Source of the DNA: an uncultured virus (IMG/VR IMGVR_UViG_3300034272_002197)
Lineage: Duplodnaviria; Heunggongvirae; Uroviricota; Caudoviricetes
Reading direction: 5' to 3' (one strand)
DNA length: 64,000 nucleotides
Virus record (IMG/VR): IMGVR_UViG_3300034272_002197
Of the stretch, positions 9,696-19,911 are shown in pieces (positions within the stretch are counted from its first letter, which is position 1; every line of letters begins with the position of its first letter). The translations under genes were made by a program, and so were the position numbers. The notes beneath the pieces are model-generated. The model was not told the origin of the DNA and made no database searches. It worked only from the letters and a program-made list of their open reading frames with translations.

Positions 9696-9723
9696 ATCCC
9701 CAGTTAAACTGGGGATTTTTTTT
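9696..9723 (+). terminator. intrinsic terminator
   Basis: ATCCCCAG-TTAAA-CTGGGGAT followed by a T run. Confidence 0.8.
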
Positions 9724-9762
9724 GACAAAAACTTCTTTAATTGATTTACCAATAAATACAAA

Positions 9763-10419
9763 ATGCGCTTATTTGAACTAGAACAACAACCCAACGGCCG
9801 TCCAGAAATATTCCTAGACATGGACGGCGTATTAGCAGATTTCTTCTCAGAATATGCTAAATTAGCCGGAGTACCTGCAGATGTAAAAAGCGGTAGATCG
9901 GATTATCGGAATATTCCACAGAATTTGCGTGAGCCTGTTATACAGCAAATGGTAGGTACAGATTTCTTTTATAGACTGCCCAAATTCGCTAGTGCGGATA
10001 GATTGGTGGCAATGGCAGTACAAGTGTTTGGCCACTACAACATTTGCTCAAGCCCCCTGCGTGGTGATCATGCAAATTCCGAAGCAATGAAACGTGCTTG
10101 GATTGCAGAAAACTTAAATCCACAACCTCGAGTTATTCGTATCACTGGTCGTAAAGGCAAATACGCAAAACAGCAGGACGGCACGCCGAATATCTTGGTA
10201 GATGATCGTAATACTGTGCTAACAGAATGGGAACAGTCGGGCGGTATTGGTATCAAATATCAAGCAGATGAAGATGGCCTAGATACAGTGGCCCGTGGAA
10301 TACGTCGAGCTTTTGAGATTGTAAAAGGCCAACGCGAACACGAACCACAAAACATACAAAGTAAAGATTACGGTAAGATGATTGCCGGCCCCGAGGACAA
10401 AGATAATGCGAGCAAGTGA
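9763..10419 (+). CDS. 5'(3')-deoxyribonucleotidase, HAD superfamily
   Basis: FLDMDGVLADF, K..W, ILVDDR motifs; late-promoter-like AATAAATA at 9751. Confidence 0.85.
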   Translation: MRLFELEQQPNGRPEIFLDMDGVLADFFSEYAKLAGVPADVKSGRSDYRNIPQNLREPVIQQMVGTDFFYRLPKFASADRLVAMAVQVFGHYNICSSPLRGDHANSEAMKRAWIAENLNPQPRVIRITGRKGKYAKQQDGTPNILVDDRNTVLTEWEQSGGIGIKYQADEDGLDTVARGIRRAFEIVKGQREHEPQNIQSKDYGKMIAGPEDKDNASK

Positions 10420-11164
10420 TTTTTTAACAGAATTTGCACCAACTCCTGACTTCGGAGATGGCAGAAGAGATGATGGCGAATATATGCCATTATCTGAATA
10501 TGCAGATATTATTGAACAATATTTAGGTATTGGATATACAAGAGAAGATAGACGAGGTGGTGCAAAACACTTACCACAAATAAGTGTTAAATTTGTCCCT
10601 AAAGATAAATCACAGAATGGTGCTATCCTATATAGTTTTATACATCCCAAACGCGGTGAGTTCGGAACACACAATACAATCATATTAAAGTACGATGAAC
10701 AAGGTGTAGGTCATGGTAAGAAAGGGCCAAGTGCTGTTCCTAAGACACAAAAGCAAGCACTAAGAATTGCCCAGTTAATTGCTGATCAAACTCTCAACGA
10801 GAGCACCTTTCGTGACCATGAAGAACAGTTGCGTGACTTTGTTCGGTGGTGTGTGCAAGAACTTGATATAAAACAAGCATTGCCTAAAATTCGTTTCCAA
10901 GATGCCAAGGAAGGACCAGATCAACATCGTACCGGATACTACGACGATGCCGAAGACACGATGTGGATTTACACTGGCAACAGAAACATGATTGATATCA
11001 TGCGTACTGTAGCACATGAATTGACACATCGCAAGCAACACGAAGACAACATGGTACACGGCGATCAAGCCTACCCAGGCTCGCCTATTGAACAACAGGC
11101 AGATGCTGCGGCTGGATATCTAATGAAGCTGTATGGAAAAATGCATCCGGAGATCATTGAATGA
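10406..11164 (+). CDS. zincin-like metallopeptidase-domain protein
   Basis: RTVAHELTHRKQ (HExxH) plus downstream E; start MRASDF. Confidence 0.75.
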   Translation: MRASDFLTEFAPTPDFGDGRRDDGEYMPLSEYADIIEQYLGIGYTREDRRGGAKHLPQISVKFVPKDKSQNGAILYSFIHPKRGEFGTHNTIILKYDEQGVGHGKKGPSAVPKTQKQALRIAQLIADQTLNESTFRDHEEQLRDFVRWCVQELDIKQALPKIRFQDAKEGPDQHRTGYYDDAEDTMWIYTGNRNMIDIMRTVAHELTHRKQHEDNMVHGDQAYPGSPIEQQADAAAGYLMKLYGKMHPEIIE

Positions 11165-11856
11165 GAGCTAAAGAATTCGTAAAAGAAGATAAGTGGAATA
11201 GTAACCAGTGGGGTATGAATGAGCCTTGGTTGGATGGAGGTGGAGGTGGCACAGGAAATAGTCTGTTTAGAGATCTTACCGGAGTAGATCTTCCGCCCGA
11301 TGACATCATTGCTGCTGCTATTGCCGCTCCAACCGGTCAACAAATGAACATGGCCGGATTGACCAAATATACCAAACCCTCGTTGGCAGACAGAACAGCC
11401 ACCAAGGTCAAAGACTTTGCCTATGATGTGGTTAATAAACCAAGTCCATTTAATCCGCTCACTGTCAAGGATCTAGGTACTGAACGAGCTACAGCCAGAT
11501 ATCATGCGGACCGAATATATCGCAAGGAGACCGGGCGGGAACCTCCTAAATCAACTGATATTGGAAACAGAGACATTGACCAGGTTCAGCTGAAAAAAGA
11601 TAGAAATAAATTATCCGATATTGAATCAGATCTTGCAAGAAGAGGATACCAGGGAGTCACTCCTAAGCTAGATTATGTCAAAATTGGATCTAACGTAAAC
11701 TCACCTGTACCGACAAAGATACCTTCTCGTGATCCAAAAGCAGACGTTAAAGCAATGGTTGATAAGCAATCTCTAAATGCCGCGAGAATGGGAGCAGCGA
11801 TAGCTCTGGACCAGACTCGTGATCAAAGAGAAAAAAGAAATAGAGAAGGCAAGTAG
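11161..11856 (+). CDS. hypothetical protein, MRxxEF N-terminus
   Basis: MRAKEFVKE. Confidence 0.7.
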   Translation: MRAKEFVKEDKWNSNQWGMNEPWLDGGGGGTGNSLFRDLTGVDLPPDDIIAAAIAAPTGQQMNMAGLTKYTKPSLADRTATKVKDFAYDVVNKPSPFNPLTVKDLGTERATARYHADRIYRKETGREPPKSTDIGNRDIDQVQLKKDRNKLSDIESDLARRGYQGVTPKLDYVKIGSNVNSPVPTKIPSRDPKADVKAMVDKQSLNAARMGAAIALDQTRDQREKRNREGK

Positions 11857-11857
11857 A

Positions 11858-12310
11858 ATGAGAGCCAGCGAATTTATAATTGAACGTGATGAATGGATAC
11901 ATATGGATCCACCAGAGATTGCACAATGGCGCGATCAAGCGCGAGTGCAAGATATAAAAAGTGGACCAGAATCAACTTTTGCTGCCAGTCAAACAACCAA
12001 AACAGGACCAAGATACACTGTACCAGATACACCATGGGCACCATCAAAGCCTGCCGTCGATACAAAAAAATCAATTGATCCCAAAAAAACATACACCAAT
12101 GCACCACGTGATGAATATTGGGCAGCAGCACCTAAGTCGCGAGGCGGTAAAGTTCCGATACGAGATTTGACAGGAATACCCACTAGAGATGTGGAACTAG
12201 ATGCTGAAAAAAGTAAAAATATCGATTGGTTTGAACCCAAGGAACAACCAACAAAAAATAAATCTAATCCATTGTTACCTAGCATTGAAAAAGAAAAATA
12301 TAGAACATGA
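11858..12310 (+). CDS. hypothetical protein, MRxxEF N-terminus
   Basis: MRASEFIIE at 11858. Confidence 0.7.
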   Translation: MRASEFIIERDEWIHMDPPEIAQWRDQARVQDIKSGPESTFAASQTTKTGPRYTVPDTPWAPSKPAVDTKKSIDPKKTYTNAPRDEYWAAAPKSRGGKVPIRDLTGIPTRDVELDAEKSKNIDWFEPKEQPTKNKSNPLLPSIEKEKYRT

Positions 12311-14820
12311 GATACCAAGAATTTAATCTAACCGAAGACGAATTGTTTGAGCTCAAAATGAGCCCAGGCAATCTCACCAAGATGGCAAAAAACATTGATG
12401 CTCGAGTGGGCATGGAATTTGAGCTAATAGTACCTGGTGTTGAGAATGAAGAGGAAGAATTTGATCCAGAACCCGACTATGAGGTTGATGAAAGTTTTCC
12501 TATTGGACCAGGCTGGACCAGAGATGTTATCAGTTTCTTCCGCGGCGGCGACATGGGCAACAGCACCAGCTATATCCAACGAGCAATCGACAGTCTAAAC
12601 GAAAACTTCTGGGGTTGGATGAGCGAACAAGAAGAAGACTGGATCAATTCCGACGAAGGCCAGGAACGGGCATTAGAAATTGCCACAGACAATGTTGACC
12701 CCAGCGACTACGATGAAGATTCAGAACAAGAACTGCAACAGGCTATCCGAGACTATCTCGAACACAACGAAGAGCGCATACGCGATGAATTAGCAGATGA
12801 ATTTAGAGACGACGCCGACAGTCATTTTGAAAGATATCTAGACGAAGAAGGCATAAACTCTATGAGCGACTTTGCTAACGAATACAATCTAGATTGGCCG
12901 TACTGGACCCAGCCGGAATATTATGGTGGCGGTGGAGCGGACATTGATACCGTGGCTGACGATTTTAGTCAAGCAATAGGTCGTCCGGTAAATGCTGCAT
13001 CTAGCTATCACGGTGGTCGTAGAGAAGCTGGGCACTATGTGGTAGAACCTGATGGAAGTCTAAGCGGCGACGAAGGCGAAACAGGCCTGGAGTTTGTTAG
13101 TCCTGTTCTGACTGTTCCTGAGATGTTAGCAGACATAGACAAGGTGGCCAAGTGGGCCAGTCAGTCCGGCGCTTATACCAACAGCAGTACTGGCTTGCAC
13201 ATGAATGTGAGTGTACCCGATCAGCAGAGTCTTGACTATGTTAAGTTGGCCATGTTCTTGGGCGACGAGTACATACTAAAACAATTTGGTCGTGAAGGCA
13301 ATAGTTATTGTAAATCTGCATTGAAGAAAATTAAATACAATGCCAAAACTGATCCTAGTCGTGTGGAAGAAATGATGCGTCAGTTTCAAGGCGGATTAAA
13401 CCAATTGGCCAGTAAATTGATTCATACTGGGTCAACAGAAAAATTTGTCAGTATTAACAATCGTGGTGATTGGATCGAATTCCGGAGTCCGGGCGGAGAC
13501 TGGTTGGGCGATGACCTTGGCCTTGTAAAGAACACATTATTACGAGCTGTAGTAGCACTGGATGTTGCTACCAAGCCCCAAGAGTTCAAGCAAGAATACT
13601 ACAAGAAGTTGTACAAAACACTGAGCCAAGATTCGTCAGATGACAGTATTCAATACTTCGCCCGGTACGCAGCAGGTGAATTACCTAAATCTGCAATGAT
13701 GAGTTTTGTAAGACAAATACAGCAAAAACGAGCAGCTGGTAAAAAAGGTCCTGTTGAAGAATTTGACCTTCCTTTTGTGTGGAAGGTCGTAGGTTCACCG
13801 GATTCGCCGTACCAAAGCCAAGGCACAGAAGTTATCGCTACCAGTGAGCGTCGAGCATTAGAAGCCGCGATCAAAAAATGGAATTTGAATATCTACCCCA
13901 AATCTGTCGAGGAGTTCACACAAGGATGGCGTGCAACTCCTATGCGTCCTGCATCAGATGCAGACCTCGGATCGGGCCAAGCATCGAGTCGCGACCAAGA
14001 GTTCAGTGGCATGTGGGAAGTTGTAAGTCGTACTACTGATGAAGTTGTGTACAGATTTAATGCCCAAGAAGCGGGCATGTCTGATCCAAGATCCGTAGCA
14101 CAAGCAGAAGATATTGCTGATAGATGGCGACAAGGAGCCGCTTTCACTGGAGCAGTATATGTTCGCCCACAGATGAGACCTATACAAGCTAGATCAGGAG
14201 AATCAGTGCCAGCTGGCGCTGTTTCGGGTAGTACACAAGATCTACAGCGTCAAAGATTGGCAGCACAAATGCCTGCACTGAATACTGCCGACGGCAACTG
14301 GGAAATTTACAGCATTGCCAGCAACAATACTGTGTATAGATTTACAGCCAACACCGAAGAACAAGCGGTGCAAGCATTTAGAATCTGGCAGGATGCTATT
14401 AGAGAACCCTCGTTGTCTAGAGAAGGATTTAATCTAAGAACAACACCAGGATCCGGTAATACAAGACAGCAACAATATCGTGTAACATATACCGGAAGAG
14501 ATGGAACTAATAGTGTAACTGTATCGGCACCAAATGCTGATGCAGCTATGGACCGTGTTCGTAGACAATTTTATGGATCTGATTTAACAAGCATCGAAGC
14601 TGAGCCTGTTGCCGGTGAGCAAGCTGCTGCTAGCGAAGCACCATACAGCCAGCGTTGGAGAATACTGGATCGCGATAATCAAGAAATATATTCGTTTATG
14701 AACACAAATGCACAAAGTGATGCTAATGCTGCTGCAATGCGTTGGCTAACAACCATGGCTACACCCGAAACCAGAGAGCGTGGACCTTTTGAAGTGGTAC
14801 CTACGATAACAAGACAATGA
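12307..14820 (+). CDS. putative amidoligase (COOH-NH2 ligase) with acidic insert and C-terminal repeats
   Basis: VGMEFE, EPDGSL, GLEFVSP, STGLHMNVS, IEFRSPGG motifs. Confidence 0.8.
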   Translation: MRYQEFNLTEDELFELKMSPGNLTKMAKNIDARVGMEFELIVPGVENEEEEFDPEPDYEVDESFPIGPGWTRDVISFFRGGDMGNSTSYIQRAIDSLNENFWGWMSEQEEDWINSDEGQERALEIATDNVDPSDYDEDSEQELQQAIRDYLEHNEERIRDELADEFRDDADSHFERYLDEEGINSMSDFANEYNLDWPYWTQPEYYGGGGADIDTVADDFSQAIGRPVNAASSYHGGRREAGHYVVEPDGSLSGDEGETGLEFVSPVLTVPEMLADIDKVAKWASQSGAYTNSSTGLHMNVSVPDQQSLDYVKLAMFLGDEYILKQFGREGNSYCKSALKKIKYNAKTDPSRVEEMMRQFQGGLNQLASKLIHTGSTEKFVSINNRGDWIEFRSPGGDWLGDDLGLVKNTLLRAVVALDVATKPQEFKQEYYKKLYKTLSQDSSDDSIQYFARYAAGELPKSAMMSFVRQIQQKRAAGKKGPVEEFDLPFVWKVVGSPDSPYQSQGTEVIATSERRALEAAIKKWNLNIYPKSVEEFTQGWRATPMRPASDADLGSGQASSRDQEFSGMWEVVSRTTDEVVYRFNAQEAGMSDPRSVAQAEDIADRWRQGAAFTGAVYVRPQMRPIQARSGESVPAGAVSGSTQDLQRQRLAAQMPALNTADGNWEIYSIASNNTVYRFTANTEEQAVQAFRIWQDAIREPSLSREGFNLRTTPGSGNTRQQQYRVTYTGRDGTNSVTVSAPNADAAMDRVRRQFYGSDLTSIEAEPVAGEQAAASEAPYSQRWRILDRDNQEIYSFMNTNAQSDANAAAMRWLTTMATPETRERGPFEVVPTITRQ

Positions 14821-15476
14821 GAGCTGTAGACTTTACCATAGAGATGGCCGGTGAAATACACGGCGGTGTTAGAAAAGCCTTAATGGCCAAAGGCTACAAA
14901 TACTTGGGCAGTGGCATTGACAAACAAGCATATCTAGAGCCAGGTACTGGGCAGGTGTTAATTGTATTTGGTTATCGTAAAGGCGTAGATGATTTTAGTC
15001 CTGATCAACGTATGTTCATTGATTGGATCACGTACTGCAATAAAAATTCTAACAATCCTCACTTACCACGATTTTCAGGATTTGAAAGTTTTCAATTTGG
15101 CGGTAAGAACTATATTCAGGCCAGAATGGAACCACTGCAAGAGCTCAGCGATGAAGTAGGATATCTGGTCGCTAATATAGACGAAGCAGTTATGAAACTG
15201 GGTAAGAATTTTGATCGTGCATTTAAAAAAATTGGTGATTTTGCAATACAATCAAGCAGTGAAGATGAAAACGCTTATTGGTACGAGATTGCAGATACTG
15301 TGAGACTGTTAGGTGGACCAGAACAGGCAAAGAATTTATTGCAAACAGTGTACCAAGTGAAACAATTTGCACGAAAACATGACTTCACCGTTGATTTGCA
15401 TCGCGGCAATTACATGGCCAGATTAGATGGTACTATTGTAGTTAACGATCCTTTTGTATTGTGGTTAAAATCATGA
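14817..15476 (+). CDS. protein-kinase-like fold protein
   Basis: LGSG loop, RMEPL, DLHRGNYM, VNDP. Confidence 0.7.
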   Translation: MRAVDFTIEMAGEIHGGVRKALMAKGYKYLGSGIDKQAYLEPGTGQVLIVFGYRKGVDDFSPDQRMFIDWITYCNKNSNNPHLPRFSGFESFQFGGKNYIQARMEPLQELSDEVGYLVANIDEAVMKLGKNFDRAFKKIGDFAIQSSSEDENAYWYEIADTVRLLGGPEQAKNLLQTVYQVKQFARKHDFTVDLHRGNYMARLDGTIVVNDPFVLWLKS

Positions 15477-16012
15477 GAGCACACGAATTTATTGTCAGTA
15501 AACAAACCGAAGACCGTCATCCTAATGATCGCCCTTATGGTCCAGAAACCAAACCCACCATGCCTGCAGGTACGGTACGTGTAGACGTAAGCGATGTTTA
15601 CGATTGGTACAAGCTGGGCATGCACATCAGTGATCTTGAAGGGCTGGGCAAGCATGATTTTGGCAAAGGACCTCCTAGCACTATTTTCTCATTTGGTAGC
15701 GAAGAGCAAGAACACGAGTACATAAAGAATTTGGCAAAAACCGGTCTTACTACAACTGATATTGATCCCAAAGATCCCAATCAACCTCCGGGCATGCCGC
15801 GTCAGAAAACAGATCCAACGTTCAATGTAGACGAAAACTTTGCCGACGGCAAAGTCAAAGGCAAAAGTCGTCCAGGCCGGGTAAAACGTGCAGGCGCCAG
15901 CTGCAACGGGTCAGTCACTGATCTACGTCAACGTGCAAAAAACGCATCAGGTGAGAAGGCCAAAATGTACCACTGGTGTGCAAATATGAAGAGTGGTAGA
16001 TCTAAAAAATAA
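15473..16012 (+). CDS. hypothetical protein, MRxxEF N-terminus, basic C-terminal domain
   Basis: MRAHEFIV; ENFADGK...HWCANMKSG. Confidence 0.7.
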   Translation: MRAHEFIVSKQTEDRHPNDRPYGPETKPTMPAGTVRVDVSDVYDWYKLGMHISDLEGLGKHDFGKGPPSTIFSFGSEEQEHEYIKNLAKTGLTTTDIDPKDPNQPPGMPRQKTDPTFNVDENFADGKVKGKSRPGRVKRAGASCNGSVTDLRQRAKNASGEKAKMYHWCANMKSGRSKK

Positions 16013-16020
16013 GTACAAGT

Positions 16021-16917
16021 ATGTCCGATACGCAATCTGTGTTTGATCTAATAGATCAATGTGAATTCTCTGTTGAAAACCCTTTTGAATTAACACAAGA
16101 TCTTTTCCCAATTTTAAATACTATAACCAGTCCGTCAATTACAAAATTGTTTGAGAAAAAATGTTATAACAGTTGGCTAATTTTTGGATTTGATGGCGAA
16201 AGCCAAGTTTCAGTGTTCTACGATTCTATTTTACAGAAGTTCCAAGACGGATCAATTGACAATTATTTTGGACATTTAACAACCAAAGAAAAAAAACAAA
16301 TTGCAGATAATTTTGTTGAAATAATCAATGATGAATTAAGACACAGAGACATTTTTTCCGCAATAATTTTAAAAACAAATTCAAACAGTCAAGATTACAA
16401 ACCAGACTACTACAATCCTGAATGCAAGGAATATGTAGACAGTCAATGGAAACTTTGGGATGATTATACTCTATTGGATCATTTATGCCCTATTGTAACA
16501 GGTGAGAGTTATCTTCTGGCAGCATTTGTGCTGTTTTACAAATACACAACAAATCCTTACAAGAAACAAATTTTTAAAGAATTCATACAAGAAGAATCTC
16601 GGCACATTGCACATTTTATGAATTTCATGAAAAAAGCAAAAGTTCAAGACCACGAACGCCCAAGATATCACCAGGCTTTTATTTCGCAAGTTGAACAAAA
16701 AATTAAATTTGAGCATGTAAAATTTTTAGCTTTCTTGGATACCATAATTAAAGATCCAAGTAAGAAACACGATATTATCAAAATGGCCTACAATACAGAA
16801 TTTCATCACACTTTCAGTAAGATATTTTTGAAAAAGTCTTGGCAATTTTACAATATCATATGCCCTATTGATCAGGACACTTACGAATCTTTACTGTTGC
16901 ATAAAAACAACAGTTGA
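16021..16917 (+). CDS. ferritin-like diiron protein
   Basis: DELRH and EESRH paired ExxH motifs. Confidence 0.65.
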   Translation: MSDTQSVFDLIDQCEFSVENPFELTQDLFPILNTITSPSITKLFEKKCYNSWLIFGFDGESQVSVFYDSILQKFQDGSIDNYFGHLTTKEKKQIADNFVEIINDELRHRDIFSAIILKTNSNSQDYKPDYYNPECKEYVDSQWKLWDDYTLLDHLCPIVTGESYLLAAFVLFYKYTTNPYKKQIFKEFIQEESRHIAHFMNFMKKAKVQDHERPRYHQAFISQVEQKIKFEHVKFLAFLDTIIKDPSKKHDIIKMAYNTEFHHTFSKIFLKKSWQFYNIICPIDQDTYESLLLHKNNS

Positions 16918-16942
16918 CCTAAATTCACCCATTTGCTATACT
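16895..16942 (+). promoter_or_regulatory. early promoter cassette with upstream palindrome
   Basis: TGTTGC-N6-ACAACA; TTGACC-N17-TATACT. Confidence 0.7.
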
Positions 16943-16972
16943 CTTAGAACAGTAATTAACTAGGAGTCGGCA

Positions 16973-17257
16973 ATGTCGCAACTTTCTATTCAGGATGTTA
17001 ATTCAGCAATCATGTTTGGCTCGTTTACAGACGAGCAATTGAGAAGCATTGGCGATGCTGTTCGCTATCGTCGTGCCCAAATTGTTAAAGAAACAAGACG
17101 AAGCATTATGATGGGCGATGTTGTTAGATTTACACACCCCAAGACCGGGCGCACCCATCAGGGTTCAGTTGTTAAAATCAACATCAAAAACGTCAAGGTC
17201 AAAGAAGGTTTTACCACCTGGAACGTGCCTGCTAACATGCTGACTGTTGCTGAATAA
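16973..17257 (+). CDS. small SH3/KOW-like protein
   Basis: GDVVRF...GSVVKIN...WNVPANML. Confidence 0.7.
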   Translation: MSQLSIQDVNSAIMFGSFTDEQLRSIGDAVRYRRAQIVKETRRSIMMGDVVRFTHPKTGRTHQGSVVKINIKNVKVKEGFTTWNVPANMLTVAE

Positions 17258-17330
17258 GCAACATTTTATTTTGGTTGTCCGTAATTCACTATTTCCGTAT
17301 AATATTGGTATAGTAAACAAACAGGAGCAA
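17245..17330 (+). promoter_or_regulatory. early promoter cassette
   Basis: TGTTGC-N7-GCAACA, TTGTCC-N17-TATAAT, ATTGGTATAGTAA, AGGAG. Confidence 0.75.
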
Positions 17331-17332
17331 CA

Positions 17333-17515
17333 ATGGGCCAATTTGGTACGGGTGCAGTTGTTAACAAAACTGCAACAGGTTACGCTGTAGAATACCAGGG
17401 ACAAATTGTTGCAGAATTTGCAATTAAAGATCTTGCAATCATGTTAGCACTTAATAGTGCAAAACTTGCAACTCTTTTGCAAACTAGCAATGTTTACATG
17501 CTCAAAGCAGCCTAA
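17333..17515 (+). CDS. hypothetical protein
   Basis: own promoter and RBS. Confidence 0.7.
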   Translation: MGQFGTGAVVNKTATGYAVEYQGQIVAEFAIKDLAIMLALNSAKLATLLQTSNVYMLKAA

Positions 17516-17582
17516 AAAAGGTTGTCCAAAAAGAGCCATTTTCATATAATATTGATATAGTAATTAATAAGGAGCGTACCAA

Positions 17583-17882
17583 ATGTCAAAGCTTACCGCA
17601 TACACTTTTGAGATCTACAAAACCGACAAGCGTATCAAACGAGACGAGCGTTATGGTCGCAACAAAGCAGGTCTGCGTTTTGTTGAAGTCAAAGACTTTG
17701 CGCCAGTCACCCGTGCCTACATCGAAACACTGGCCGACGACTTCCGCAAAGAAGGCTTGGTGGTGCATGTGTACGAAACTTTCGTAGCCCGCAAGAACAT
17801 GATGTCGGGTAAAGAGTATCAGGAACGTTATGATACTCCTTACTATTGCTCACCAAGTTCTGAAACTTATTGGAGTGCTTAA
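17583..17882 (+). CDS. hypothetical phage protein (TPYYCSPSSETYWS)
   Basis: promoter 17522-17550 and AAGGAG RBS. Confidence 0.75.
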   Translation: MSKLTAYTFEIYKTDKRIKRDERYGRNKAGLRFVEVKDFAPVTRAYIETLADDFRKEGLVVHVYETFVARKNMMSGKEYQERYDTPYYCSPSSETYWSA

Positions 17883-18032
17883 TATGACTAAATTTCTTAA
17901 CCGTGTTATTGATGCTATTCCTACTCCGACCCCAGAACAAGGGGATCGCGCAGTTAATTTGACACTGGCTTTTACAGCAGGGTTTATTTTTGCCATCCTG
18001 GTATTTGGATATTAATTAGAAAGGATACTGTC

Positions 18033-18374
18033 ATGGATTTTACTCAAGATCAAATCAACGATATCGTGCGTGAAGCTAGAGATGCTGCCTATGCGGCTGC
18101 TGATGAATTTTTCCGTGTCAAGCTGGGCGGTGTTGATCAATATGCCTGTGGCTTTGCGTGGACCAATATCTACAAGGTCAAAGGCAACACCAAACTAGGT
18201 CGTATGCTCAAGGCAGCAGGTGTACGTCAAGACTACACCAAAACTTTTCAGCTGTGGAATCCTGCAGGCTATCCAGTACAGAATATTGATACACTGGAAA
18301 CTGGTGCTAGAGCTGCGGCTGATGTATTCCGTCGATACGGTTTCGATGCATACGCAGGTAGCCGACTAGACTAA
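18033..18374 (+). CDS. hypothetical phage protein (CGFAW motif)
   Basis: RBS; CGFAW...SRLD. Confidence 0.75.
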   Translation: MDFTQDQINDIVREARDAAYAAADEFFRVKLGGVDQYACGFAWTNIYKVKGNTKLGRMLKAAGVRQDYTKTFQLWNPAGYPVQNIDTLETGARAAADVFRRYGFDAYAGSRLD

Positions 18375-18388
18375 TCCGGGAGACCGTC

Positions 18389-18598
18389 ATGATTTATGCC
18401 TTGCTACTGATCACTGCCACCGGTGCTCAACCTTTTGGTAACTATACAAATTTGTCCGAGTGCCAGGCGGCTGCTAGAGAATTTCAACGACAGGAAATCA
18501 AGGCCGGTTGTGTTCGGCAAGAATCACAAGAAGAGTCCGCGGCACGAGCTCAGAACATGATGAAGAGCTTGATGCAAATGATACCAGCACAGAAATAA
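18389..18598 (+). CDS. small exported two-Cys protein
   Basis: signal-like N-terminus; YTNLSEC...C. Confidence 0.65.
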   Translation: MIYALLLITATGAQPFGNYTNLSECQAAAREFQRQEIKAGCVRQESQEESAARAQNMMKSLMQMIPAQK

Positions 18599-18610
18599 CA
18601 GGAGACTGAA

Positions 18611-18814
18611 ATGGGATATGCTGTACTAGGTGAGCGTGATGTTCGTTGGCAACCACGCAAGGGTCTTGAAGGTCCGTTCTTCTTTGCCACTGGCCGTGTG
18701 CTCTACTATGATGTCAAGGAAGGTGAGTATTGGGATCCGTTAACTGATTTCTACGTGCCTGCTGATGAGGTTGCCATGCTGCATGAAGAATTGACTCGTA
18801 TGCTGTCTAGATAA
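18611..18814 (+). CDS. hypothetical phage protein
   Basis: GGAG RBS; GLEGPF...YYD..EG.YWDP. Confidence 0.75.
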   Translation: MGYAVLGERDVRWQPRKGLEGPFFFATGRVLYYDVKEGEYWDPLTDFYVPADEVAMLHEELTRMLSR

Positions 18815-19035
18815 TGGATCTACTGGAATCAGACTGGCGATATCATATCATAATCAATAATCCAGACTGGCCGTTAGCACAGGCCTGGTGCGAAGAAAAC
18901 ATAGGACCGTTTGGCGAAGAATGGTACAAGTTAGGTATTGATATACTGGGATGGTTAGATGGTCCCAAACATCAATCCGAATGGTACTTTAAACACGAGC
19001 AGGATGCTGTATTGTTTCAACTGAAGTGGGCATGA
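18814..19035 (+). CDS. small protein, FxLxW paralog family
   Basis: ends WYFKHEQDAVLFQLKWA. Confidence 0.75.
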   Translation: MDLLESDWRYHIIINNPDWPLAQAWCEENIGPFGEEWYKLGIDILGWLDGPKHQSEWYFKHEQDAVLFQLKWA

Positions 19036-19214
19036 ATAAATTTACCGTTGATCATCGCTATAATCATATTGGCTTTGATTACTCAATGTTATGGCAGCAG
19101 ATTGATGAGATAGAAGCGTGGTGTAATGAAAATGACAATTACGAAGTTTATTCCACTGGTATTGTGTACAGTTCTGAACAAGATTTATCAGCATTTTTAT
19201 TGAGGTGGTCGTGA
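19032..19214 (+). CDS. small protein, FxLxW paralog family
   Basis: ends SSEQDLSAFLLRWS. Confidence 0.7.
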   Translation: MNKFTVDHRYNHIGFDYSMLWQQIDEIEAWCNENDNYEVYSTGIVYSSEQDLSAFLLRWS

Positions 19215-19456
19215 ACAGCAGGCAGCGCAGACAAGATCGCAGAGAATGGCGATATAGTATAAACCTAGGGTCTAGACCCTATGATGACTATGCGGCCATG
19301 TTTGCCTGGCTCGGCGAACGACATGGTCGAAAGATAGCCAGATGCGGCTGGCGTAGCAATATAGAACCAAACAACAATACCGACGATGAGTATTTTTTGG
19401 TGTGGCAATTTTTACGTGAACAGGATGCCGCAGAATTCGCACTAAGGTGGGCATGA
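19205..19456 (+). CDS. small protein, FxLxW paralog family
   Basis: ends WQFLREQDAAEFALRWA. Confidence 0.7.
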   Translation: MVVNSRQRRQDRREWRYSINLGSRPYDDYAAMFAWLGERHGRKIARCGWRSNIEPNNNTDDEYFLVWQFLREQDAAEFALRWA

Positions 19457-19887
19457 TGACTTTTAATCTAAACAGATTTAGTAAAGACAAGCAAGAACAA
19501 CTAGAACAGTTCGTTGCCTACGCCCAGCTAATGGGCCTAAGTGGTCGCGACCTTGTGGCCATTGGTGGTAAGATTGATCGTGAGCAAGCCAAGCAGAAGA
19601 AACTGGCCAATATGGAAATTGTTCGCAGTTTCGATTGCATCTCCATTGGCGCCGATACCAAGTACGAGCTCAATAAACGTTTCAAGCTAAAGACTGACAG
19701 CGGCGCTTACAACTTTGAGGACGACGGATGGAACAGATGGGAAGTTGTGAGTCTTAAAACCAAAGTCAAGCAGGTTCATCATGTTGATACCTACGAGTAT
19801 GATCTGCCCAAGACTGATTATCGCACTCGTAGTCGTTATGCTATGTTACTAGATATCTATTTTGGTAAATTTACATTGAATTTCTAA
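19453..19887 (+). CDS. hypothetical protein
   Basis: ATGA overlap with the upstream gene. Confidence 0.7.
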   Translation: MMTFNLNRFSKDKQEQLEQFVAYAQLMGLSGRDLVAIGGKIDREQAKQKKLANMEIVRSFDCISIGADTKYELNKRFKLKTDSGAYNFEDDGWNRWEVVSLKTKVKQVHHVDTYEYDLPKTDYRTRSRYAMLLDIYFGKFTLNF

Positions 19888-19911
19888 AGCGGTTGTTTAA
19901 TTAACAACTTC

